Below, piece after piece: positions 40,011-50,640 of a stretch of DNA of 64,000 nucleotides. The notes under the pieces are model-generated. The model was not told the DNA's origin, made no database searches, and saw only the letters and a list, made by a program, of their open reading frames with translations. Position 1 is the first letter of the stretch. Each line of letters begins with the position of its first letter. Source of the stretch: Cenococcum geophilum (taxonomy: Eukaryota); NCBI GenBank assembly GCA_050273025.1, contig CP158636.1, forward strand, positions 8,494,001 through 8,558,000. The letters are read 5' to 3'. The translations under genes were made by a program, and so were the position numbers.

Positions 40011-42154
40011 ATTGTAAAAAACCTTTCACCACACATGCAACCTTACCAAAAGGTGGCGCCGCACTTCAAAACTTACGCATACCCATCTTACCATCAAAAA
40101 CAATCGATTTCCTAACTTTTAAGACCTAATTCTCACTGCCTAGCGAGCTAGAGGTGGATTTATTTGTCGTTTTACCCCCTTTTCCCCAGCAGAAAATTCT
40201 TCTTAGGGGTGGTCCTAGCTTATAAGCGAGGCACGGACAGGAACACCAAAACTACAACTACTACTACGAATACTAATAGGGGCTAGTCTTTCTACTACCT
40301 TTTAGCCTAATCTCCCCAGAAATCTTCTAGTAGGATTAGTAAGGAGAAAGGGTATAAAGATAGTAAAAACTAGAAACCCCCCTATAAGATATAAAATGCC
40401 AAGGCCTAATAGGTCTAAAAAAAAACCTCCTATAGAAATAAGTGATGAAGGTTCTACATCTACTTTTTCTCCCCCTTCTCCTTCTCCTGGCCCGTTTAGG
40501 ACAGGAGAAAAAAGAGGACATCCTCAGTCTTCTCCTGAAAAAGAAAACCAAAAACCTGCAAAAAAGATAATAAAACCAACAACTACTACGGATAGTATAC
40601 CTAGTATACCTCCGTCTTCCCTTTCTCCGGAAGAACATCTACACGAGGCTTTAAGAAGCCTAATCCAGGCCTATAGAGGGCTAGAAGGAGAAGAACAAGA
40701 AGAACAAGTTGGACAGCTAGTGGACTATACACACAATATCCTAATAGGAAAAAACCCCTTTGCAAAAGAAGAAGAAGAAGAAGAGGCAAAAGAGGTCCTA
40801 GAAGGACTAGTAGAAGAAGTAAAAGCTCTCCGTAAGGAGGTAGCTTCTACTAAAAATACTTACGCAGAGAGACTGAAGAAGGACCTCCCTTCTTTTTCGT
40901 CCTCCCCACCCTCCTTACCATTACCACCACTACCTTCTGCCCCTTCTTCTTCTAGTAGGGGTTCTACTTCTACTAGAAGTAAGAAAAAGCAGCTACAAGA
41001 AAGGAAACTAGTCCTAATTACAGACGAAAAGGACCAACCTCTAGATACCTTCTCTATACGAAATAAAGTTAATCAACTATTTGCATCAAAACTGCAAGTA
41101 AAAAAGCCAGTTCTAGCGTCTATAGCTAGAACTAAAGGAAAACAAAATATTCTCCTTACGACTACAGAAGAGTATAATGCAGATTTCCTAGTCAAATATA
41201 AGGAGATCTGGCATAACTGCTTTACCTTTTAAAGAGAACAAAAACTAGAACCATGGGTTCAAATTATAGCCCATGGGGTTCCTACCCTACCTTTCCTAGG
41301 AGAAGGAGGCTCTAAGCTTCTAAAAGAAGAGATTAAGACCTTTAATCCTATAAGGATACAAGGACTACTTAGATGGATCTTATCTAGTAAAAAAAGACAT
41401 AATCCACAGACCAGATTTGGCTCTATAGTTTTTACTATAGAGAACGAAGAAAAAAGACAAGAAATCCTCAAGTAAAAAGAGATATCAATTGCAGGTACAG
41501 CTACTAAGGTAGTAAAGTACCTTAAAGTCTCTCCTACTACGTAGTGTAATAGCTGCCAAAAATTTGGCCATATAGGAGACAGATGCTCTACTAGGGCCTA
41601 TAGATATTGTGCGGCTGCACATCTATCTAAAGACCACTACTATCCTACCTGCTTAATAAGCGGTAGGCCTTGCAAGCATACCACCCCTCTTTGCATTAAT
41701 TGTAAAGAAAAACACTTTGCTAATAGTAGAGACTGCGAGAATCTTAGAGCAGCTAAATTAGTACATAGTACTAGCGTAGAAGACTCTATAGAAGAATAAA
41801 ATTAATAGAAGTCTAGAAGGAGGTAACTCCTACTAGGCTTTTAGGTTAAAAGACAGTAGAGAGCAAAAGGACAGAAATAAATTGCAAAAGGACAGGGACA
41901 GGGGTTAGGATTTCTTACAGTTTTTCTTACCATTTTCTCATTCCCTAGTAGTTGTAGTATCTTAGTATTTTTACTAGGAAACTATAAACTCCTAATTTAG
42001 GGGTTTATAAACTACTAGGATATAGCTACTAGTACATATTAAGCTGCCCCAAAAAGGATTTATGTATATAGAACTATAGCGCCATAGCCCAGAGGCTGCA
42101 TGCGCAGTATTGTACGTAGTATAATACAATGGATAAAAAAAAAAAAAAAAAAAA
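40011..42154 (+). mobile_element. Non-autonomous non-LTR retroposon encoding only ORF1 (copy 1)
   Basis: Poly(A) from 42135 and TSD AAAAAGGATAAA (39999-40010, 42155-42166) at a TT|AAAA site. The host Copia sequence rejoins across it. Confidence 0.92.
40396..41799 (+). pseudogene. LINE (Tad1-like) ORF1 gag-like nucleic-acid-binding protein, 468 codons with a few in-frame RIP stops
   Basis: The track ORF 40396-41232 continues in frame past TAA into PWVQIIAHGVP...FGSIVF, (Q)CNSCQKFGHIGDRCSTRA(C)RYCAAAHLSKDH...CKHTTPLCINCKEKHFANSRDC, the triple zinc-knuckle C-terminus typical of fungal LINE ORF1. Confidence 0.85.
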
Positions 42155-42958
42155 AAAAAGGATAAATAAGTTACTGTTGTACGGTCCTTATATAATATAA
42201 TATAGGAGGAGGACCAAACGGAATAGACTAAAGAGGAAATCCTAAACTAGGTTAAAGTCACTAATAAACTCTTTACTTCTCCCAAACTTAATAGCATCGC
42301 TGGCCTTATACCTAACCTACTTAACTAAATTCGTCCTATAAACTTAAGCGATTTTAGAATTAATCTTACGGGCCAAAGTATATCTAGTACTTAAGTTACG
42401 GACCGTAATACCCCCGTAAACCAAAATATGGACTAAAACCCTCCCGTCGCCTAAGCCATAGATCTATAACCTACCTAAGTCATAGATCCGAAAACTACCT
42501 AAGTAAAGACCTACGGTAAGGAGCTAGCTAACTTAGCTAAGCTCTATACCGACGAATCTAAATACAGTAGTAAAAATAACAACTTTGACTTTAAACTAAC
42601 TATCTTTACGGACCTTTGTTAGAAGGCTAATATTCCTAAATAGGAGTTTAGCTAAGCCTACTCTACTATACTGCGCGGCCTAGTACTTAACCACTACTAC
42701 ACTAACCTTAAGAATAACCCCCTTGGTGTTCCCTTTAATAAGCTATATAAAGCCATACGCAACTACTTTAAAGGACCGGAATATAAGCGTGATATCCTTA
42801 TTTAATAAAATGCGACTAAGTTACGGACCGTAATGGACAAGAACACTAAAAAATCGACTATAGAGTGCCTATAAATCCTTATTAAAGACCTCCGCTACCT
42901 ACAGTACGGTCTTAATATTAAGCTTTAAACGGACGACTTCCTGTATAATAAACTTATT

Positions 42959-45080
42959 TTTTTTTATTATCCATTGTATTATACTACGTACAATACTGCG
43001 CATGCAGCCTTGGGCTATGGCGCTATAGTTCTATATACATAAATCCTTTCTAGGCAGCTTAATATGTACTAGTAGCTATGTCCTAGTAGTTTATAAACCC
43101 CTAAATTAGGAGTTTATAGTTTCCTAGTAAAATACTAAGATACTACAACTACTAGGGAATGAGAAAATGGTAAGAAGAACTATAAGAAATCCTAACCCCT
43201 GTCCCTGTCCTTTTGCAATTTATTTCTGTCCTTTTGCTCTCTAATATCATTTTAAGAGCCTAATAGGAGTTGCCTTCTTCTAGAATCCTATCTGTTTTTA
43301 TTCTTCCATAGAATCTTCTTCGCGTACTAGTTTAGCAGCTTTAAGAGTCTCGCAGTCTTTACTATTAGCAAAGTGTTTTTCTTTATAATTAATGCAAAGA
43401 GGGGTGGTATGCTAGCAAGGCTTGCCTGTTATTATACAGGTAGAACAGAAATGGTCTTTAGATAAATGTGCAGCCGCACAGTATCTGCAGGCCCTAGTAG
43501 AGCACCTGTCTCCTATATGGCCAAATTTTTGGCAGCTCGTACACTGCGTAGTAGGAGAGACTTCGAGGTATTTTACTACCTTAGTAGCTGTACCTGCAAT
43601 TGATATCTCTTTTTGCTTAAGGATTTTTTGTCTTTTTTCTTCATTTTCTATAGTAAAAACTATAGAGCCGAATCTGGTCTGTGGATCGTGTCTTTTACAC
43701 TAGATGAGATCTATCTAGGTAGTCCTTATATCCTTATAGGATTAAAGGTCTTAATTTCTTCTTTTAGAAGCTTAGAGCCTCCTTCTCCTAGAAAAGGTAG
43801 GGTAGGAACCCCATGGGCTATAATTTGAACCCATGGTTCTAGTTTTTGTTCTCTTTAAAAAGTAAAGCAATTATGCCAGATTTCCTTATATTTAACTAGG
43901 AAATCCGCATTATACTCTTCCGTAGTTATAAGAAGAATATTTTGTTTTCCTTTAGTTCTAGCTATAGATGCTAAAACAGGTTTTTCTACTTGCAGTTTTA
44001 ATGCAAATAGTTGATTGACTTTGTTTCGTATAGAGAAGGTATCTAGAGGTTGGTCCTTTTGGTCTATAATAAGGACTAGCTTCCTTTCTTGTAGCTGCTT
44101 TTTCTTACTTCTAATAGAGGTAGAACTAGGTGCGCTAGTTACCCTATTAGAAGGAGAAGGAGTAGTAGACGGTGATAATAAAGGGGGGGGAGAGGACGAG
44201 GAAGGCAGGCCCTTCCTTAGCCTCTCCGCGTAAGTTTCTTTAATAGGAGCCACCTCCTTACGGAGAGCTCTTACTTCTTCCACTAGCCCCTTTAGGACAC
44301 CCTCCGCCGCTTCCTCCTTTGCCGTTTCTTCTTTTGTAAAGGGATCCCTTCCTACTAGGATTCTCTGTATATATTTCCCTATCCGCTTAACTTATTCTTT
44401 TTCTTCTTTTTCTTCTTCTTTTTCTAGCCCTCTATAGGCCTGGACTAGGCTATCTAAAGCCTTTTGTAAGTGTTGTTTTGGAGAAAGGGGAGGGAAAGGT
44501 ATACTGCTATCCGTAGTAGTCGTTGGTTTTATTATCTTTTTTGCAGGTTTTTGGTTTTGGTTTTCATTTTCAGGAGAAGACTGAGGATGTCCTCTTTTTT
44601 CTCCTATCCTAAATAGGCCAGGAGTAGGAGAGGGGGGAGAAAAAGTGGATGTAGACTCTTCGTCACTTATTTCTATAGGAGGTTTTTTTGGTTTTTTTGG
44701 CATTTTGTACCTTATAAGGGGATTTACTAGTTTTTACTATCCTTCTACGCCCTTTCTCCTTACTAATCCTACTAGAAGATTTCTGGGGAGACTAGGCTAA
44801 AAGGTAGTAGAAAAACTAGCCCCTATTTAGTTTTGGTATTGGTGGTAGTAGTAGTAGTTTTGGTGTTCCTATCCGTGCCTCGCTTACACGCTAGGGCCAC
44901 CCTCAAGAGAAATTTTCTGTTGGGGAGAAGGGGTAAAACGACAAATAAATCCACCTCTAGCTCGCTAGGCAGTAGGAATTAGGTCTTGAAAGTTAGAAAA
45001 TCGATTGTTTTTGATGGTAAGATGGGTATGCGTAAGTTTTGGAGTGTAGCGCTACCTTTTGGTAAGGTTGCATGTGCGGT
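42959..45080 (-). mobile_element. Non-autonomous non-LTR retroposon encoding only ORF1 (copy 2)
   Basis: Reverse-complement homologue of copy 1 with an A-rich tail at 42959-42968 and TSD CTTATT (42953-42958, 45081-45086). Confidence 0.92.
43298..44703 (-). pseudogene. LINE ORF1 gag-like protein (copy 2) with RIP stops and a 1-bp deletion near 43697
   Basis: Track ORFs 44392-44703 and 43855-44283 are in the same frame and homologous to copy 1. The C-terminus retains QCTSCQKFGHIGDRCSTRACRYCAAAH. Confidence 0.85.
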
Positions 45081-48000
45081 CTTATTACGGCTTGCCAGGA
45101 AATAGAACCTTGTAAATACGCCTATTATAAGCCCGCAGACACTATAGCTGGCCTTATTAACGATTTATGGTCCTCTATTGCAACGTATAAAGCCTTAAAC
45201 CCGCTAGGCAGTACTTAAGCCTTCGTTACGGACCTATAAAATCCGCAAACCGACTTAGATGCCTACTTTACGGACCGCCGCTACCGCTAGCAGCACCCGC
45301 ATCGACTAGGTCCTACTCGTAACCCCTATACCAACTCCTATATAAAAGCATACCCCTACAGACAAACCAATTAGAGGTGCTTTATATGTGGTAAGGAAGG
45401 ATATTAGTCCATAAAGCACACCTAGAAAGAACGTAATAAGTCTAAGAAGAGATTTAACAATTGGATTAACCAGTTTATCTTAGACTATAAAGAAGAGGAA
45501 GCGGAGAAATCCCTTAACAAATTAATGGAAGCCCTTATAATTAACTTTAACTTAAATACTTAGAAATAAGAGACCTTAGAGACATTCCTAACCACTTTTA
45601 GACCTTTTACAGACGGCTAAGCCTTTAATATTACAACCGTATTAGCCGACCGCTCCTTTATACACTTAATTACACCCGAAAACTAGCCCGTAAACATACC
45701 TATTAGACCTATTACGGACGTTATAGACCGCGAACAGGACCTATTTGCATATATTACTACAGAACGCTATACCCCTAAAGAATTCTATGGCGTTATAATC
45801 AATATAGGTGCCTCTAAAAAGTCTACTGTAGGTTACGGACAGTACCTTATATATAAGACTACCGTAAATAATAATACGGACATTAATACTATGTAAACTG
45901 GGGCCGTAAACGTCTAATTCGGCATTGGCTTAACCGCATTAATTAGATTAGTTAAAGTTAAGACTCTAATTAGCCTAGTTAACTTCCACATAATAAAAGC
46001 GGATACCCCTTTCCTACTCTGCCTTGCGGACATGGATAGGTTATAGATACCTTAATTAGCCCCGCAACTGCCCTAGGAAGCAAGCATATTACCCTGCCAA
46101 TTATACGACGATTTGGACACCCGTTCCTTATATAGGGAGAGACTTTATGGACCTATATTTAGGAATCTTTTAATCACAACCCGTGCTACCTTACTAGTAC
46201 TAAAATCCATCGACTATACTGCCGTTTTGGCCACCCGTTAGCCGAAAAGCTATATAGAGTCCTTAAACGCTCTGGACATAACGACGTTAATAGGAAAGTA
46301 ATTAACTACCTAACTAAATACTGCTCTTTTTGCTAGAAATACGGACGTTCCCTAGGCAGATTTAAGTTTACCCTTTATAAGGACCTTAACTTTAACTACT
46401 TAATATACGTGGACATTATATATATTAACGGCAGTCCAGTATTATATATAATTGACGAGGTAACCCGCTATTAAGCCGCCCATTAGTTACAAAATATATC
46501 TATAAAATATACTTAGGACATTTTACGGACCTGTTAGATTAATATATACCTTAGACCTCCTAAGTATATTACCTACGACGCTGGTAGGAACTTTATTAGT
46601 AAGGAATTCTAGCAGTATGCTACGGCCATGGCTATATTAATAAAAGCCATTCTAGTTAAGGCGTATTAGTCCGTTAGGCTTATTAAGCGAGCTTACCTAG
46701 CTTTATAGAGAGCTTACTAGATTATTACGAATAAGTGTAAGAATATTTAAAAGGAACTGGCTTTATAGATAGCCGTAAAAGCCATTAATAACACCGCTGG
46801 CCCTAACGGACTGGTACCTACCCTCTTAGTCTACGGAGCCTACCCAAGGATAAGTAAACTGGACCCTCCTACCTTGTCCGTTATGGATTAAGCAGCTATA
46901 ATACGGAAGGCAATAGCTGAAATAGTCAAATTACGGGCTAAATAAACTGTTAATAACGCCCTATACTACCGAAACGGACCTAATATAACCCTAGTACACA
47001 ACCTCCCGCTTAATTCTAAAGTCCTCGTGTGGCGTAAAAGCGGCAATTGGACTAGACCTTACCGTCTACTAACCGTAAAAGACGAGACCTGCTGTGTATA
47101 GCTCCCTAGCGGACTAATAAGCTTTAGAAGCACATCTGTAAAACCCTATTTTCGGTCCGAAAACACCTATAACGTTAAGCTAGATGAACTAGAAGCACCT
47201 ACCAAATTAAACGAACCAGAAGCACCCGCTAAATTAGACGAACTAGAAGCACCCGCCGAATTAAATAAACTAGAAGCACCCTTGCCTACCCTAGAGGTCC
47301 CCTAGAAACCTACTAAACTTACTAAACCTACTATAAAGCGTAGCTAAGGACGCCCCTATAAGAACCCCATAATAGAGAATTACCTAACCTCTGCAGGCAC
47401 ATCCGCAAAGCAATCTCTGCCTATAGATATATTAGTTCTAGTACAGGAAACCCCTTTTACGGACTTATGACGCAAAGAGATTAACGGACTACTTAAAAAG
47501 GGCGTCTTTGCGGTTATAATGGAGAGAGAGGTTCCGCAAGGCGTCCGTATATTTAACTCGCGCTTTGTTAATAAAATTAAGCACCCTAGTACTAACAAAG
47601 CCTTTAAAAAGTTAAGGCTCGTTATATAAGCTTATAATGACTAGGGAAAGGACTTAGTCCTTACGCAATTACCTATAATCTAACGAGTTAGCTAACGGAT
47701 TATACTTGTACTTACGCCCGGCCTACAGTAAAGTAAACCCATAGCTCTTTACCTATGGGATATCTTATAAGCCTACGTATAATCTAATACCTACCTAAGT
47801 AGAGACATCTTTATACGACCACCGCTTAAGCTTAATTTATAACTAGGAATAATTTTATAGGTTATAAAACCACTTTACGGAGTACTAGAAGCTAGAAACC
47901 ACTGGTTTAAAACATATTACTAGCATCACGTCCGTAAACTTAAGATGGAGCAGTCAACCTATAACCCTTGCCTCCTATACACCCTATTAAACGGCCTTAG

Positions 48001-49899
48001 TATTATTAGGCTCTAAATAAACAATACACTCTTTTTAGCGGACTAGACTTTTGTGGACGTAAAGGAGACTAAACTATAAGAAGCTAAGTTCCTAGCAAAG
48101 CTGTAAGAGTAGTTAACTAAGCAGACTCTAATTAAGTTTAATGGAGGCTTAATTATATAAAAGGGTAACTTAATCTAGCTAACCTAGGAACGCTAAGCTT
48201 AAAACCTAAAGCTTATTATAGCAAAGCCTATAGACCTTACTAGTTCCCGCGGAGAGACCCGTAAGACCGTAAATATAAAGGACTAATACGCTATATAGCG
48301 TGCAAGAGGCGCCTATATTGCTATAGTCTGCCAACCTAAATCTGCCTATAACTTATCCTTTACGGCCTAGGCAGTAGATCCGTAAGAAGAAAATATTAAG
48401 CAGCTTAATAAGCGCATTTAATAGCAGATTAACAATACAATAAGAGGACTTACTTTTATACCGCTAGACCTAAACTCTATTAGCGTAATGGTATTTATGG
48501 ACGCCTCCTTTACCAATAATAGGAACCTGTTATCGTAAATCGGCTTTATAATTGTACTTACGGACCGTAATTAAGACGCAAATATACTATATTAGTCTTT
48601 AATTAAATATAAATAAGTAACCCGCAGTGTACTAGCTTCTAAACTATATACACTAGCCCATAGCTTTAATATAGCAGCCGTAATTAAATTAACGATCCAG
48701 AAGATCCTATAATTGGAGCAGCTACCCCTGGTTTTATATACCGATTTAAAGTCCCTCTACGACTGCCTAGTCAAACTAGGTACGACATAAGAGAAGAGGC
48801 TTATGGTCGACCTAATGTGCTTATATTAGGCCTATAAACGACGTAAGATTACGGAGGTTAAATGGATTAGCAGCGAAGACAACCTAGTAGACGCTATGAC
48901 TAAGGCAAAGCCGTATTAAGCTCTAAAAACCCCAACCAACACGAACAAGCTCAACCCAAAGGTTATAGAATGGGTAGAACGAGACTAACGGAGCACCTAT
49001 AGTCCATTTACGGCCTATTGGAAGGCCGTACGGTTTATTTACAGCCCGTCGGAAGGCCGTACGGTACATTTACGGCCCGTTGGAAGGCCGTATAGCTTAT
49101 TTTGCGGACCGTAAGCAGGACTTATGGCCGACTTGGAGCACCGTTTGGAAGGTAGGCCAGAGGGCACCTCGGGAGGGATTTCCTATGTATTTTCTTACGT
49201 GTTCTACGGTTCTATTAAGGCAATTACGGAGGCTATACATAAGTGGTTTCATTTTTTAAGTACCGCCAGTGTATAATTATAGCACCTGCTGTACTAACCG
49301 CGTGCTTATGCGTTCGGTACATCAACTACGCGTTTACGCGTTTGGTGCACCAACCACCCGCTTACGCGTCTAGTGCACTCCTAGAGCACTAACTAATTAA
49401 GGGGGAGGCGCATTAGTATATAGACTACGTAGTCTGCTTTATACAATCGACAGTCATCACCATCCCAAAGAGCATACGATACTATACGTATTTCGTGCCC
49501 CGGGATATGACTTAATTGTATTATTAAGTTGATATAAACACTAAGATTTACTATAAAGAAGAGAAACTACCTGTAGAGACTATACGTCTTTAAATATATA
49601 ACTCCTCCCTATAGTAAAGGGTTTAGTACGTCGGTATATTAGTATATTAGTACGTTACGTTCCTATATTCCCACGTTCCTACGTTCTAAACTTATAATGT
49701 AACTTATTATATAACTTAGCTACCCCTTATCTTATAGCTTAATTGGTTCTAGTACCTTCTATACTATATTAACTAACCCATTTATATCCCTTCTTAGTAG
49801 TCATACTACTGCCGATATAAGGTCCGTAATACTATCCCCCTCCTCTTTATATTTGTCCTTAAAGATATCTCCTATCTTTAAGTTATCTATTAAAGGTAT

Positions 49900-50640
49900 A
49901 GCATTCCTATCTTTAATTTAATAACCTTTATTATTCCTAATACCTCTTATTAAATCTTTTGCGTCTAATTATTATAACCAGCTAGTAACATTTATTCTTT
50001 TACTTAGTGAAGTTATACTATCCTATTCTCGTTGTATAGAGAAGAAGTTAGTATATATTATAATTACAGCTCCATCTAGTTGCTAACCTTCTTCCTATAC
50101 TAAGTGTACGCAAGCGAATATATAATTGTCCTATAATATTTAATCCGTTTTTAACGCTAAGTATATATATCTTATTATTCTTTATAACTGTTTAGTTTCT
50201 TATTTAATCTATCCTAGGGTTGCGCGTATTAGTAGCGGCTAAAAAATTAGAGGGTAAGCTGGCTAAGGCCCTTACTAAGGTTTAGCGTCGTTTTAATAAG
50301 GCGTCTTAGGCTCTAAAGGCTTAACTAAATACTTATGCTTGCCTAAGCCGTCTAGTAAAGGGTTATAAAAAGGTACGCTTAAAGGAGTTACGTTTAGTAG
50401 AGTAAGGTCTATCTAAGCTTAAGGTTAAGGAGGCTAAAAGGGATTCTAGTTAAGAAGAGGCGGAAATAACTAATACGCTAGTAGTAGATCCCTTAGATAA
50501 TCCGGCTCGTCTATTACCTTTAACTAATCCTTTTATTTTAGGCTTCTTCTTAATATTACCTAACCTATTTTCTTCTAATACTCCCGTACCTTTCCTATAG
50601 CGTTTTTTAAGTTCTATAGTAGTTCCTAGGTAGTCTTATT
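49900..50640 (+). pseudogene. Antisense accessory ORF (Cys6 zinc-cluster-like plus coiled coil, probable intron) in the Gypsy 3' region
   Basis: Reads SYSRCIEKKLVYIIITAPSSC*PSSYTKCTQANI*LSYN (de-RIP CSRC-x6-C...C-x2-C-x8-C) at ~50020-50137. A GT...AG intron-like segment ~50161-50218 is followed by a helical RVLVAA(E)KLEG(E)LA(E)AL... region. Confidence 0.6.

Larger units (their letters stand above)
39042..49540 (+). mobile_element. Copia (GalEa-like) LTR retrotransposon, close relative of 16075-22370, inserted in the Gypsy LTR and carrying two ORF1-only retroposons
   Basis: 271-bp LTRs at 39042-39312 and 49270-49540, TSD TTAAG/CTAAG. The empty site tattctaag|attt is visible in the sister LTR at ~63892-63904. 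The internal sequence is colinear with 16289-22156. Confidence 0.95.

Noticed and set aside
41230..41232. Same in-frame TAA after HNCFTF in both ORF1 copies, suggesting programmed readthrough
   Set aside because: CAA>TAA is the canonical RIP change and other stops differ between the copies. Two copies cannot separate this from RIP or shared ancestry.
40336..44233. Overlapping opposite-strand ORFs (40336, 40601, 41259, 43422, 43613, 44015)
   Set aside because: They are antisense shadows of the ORF1 genes.
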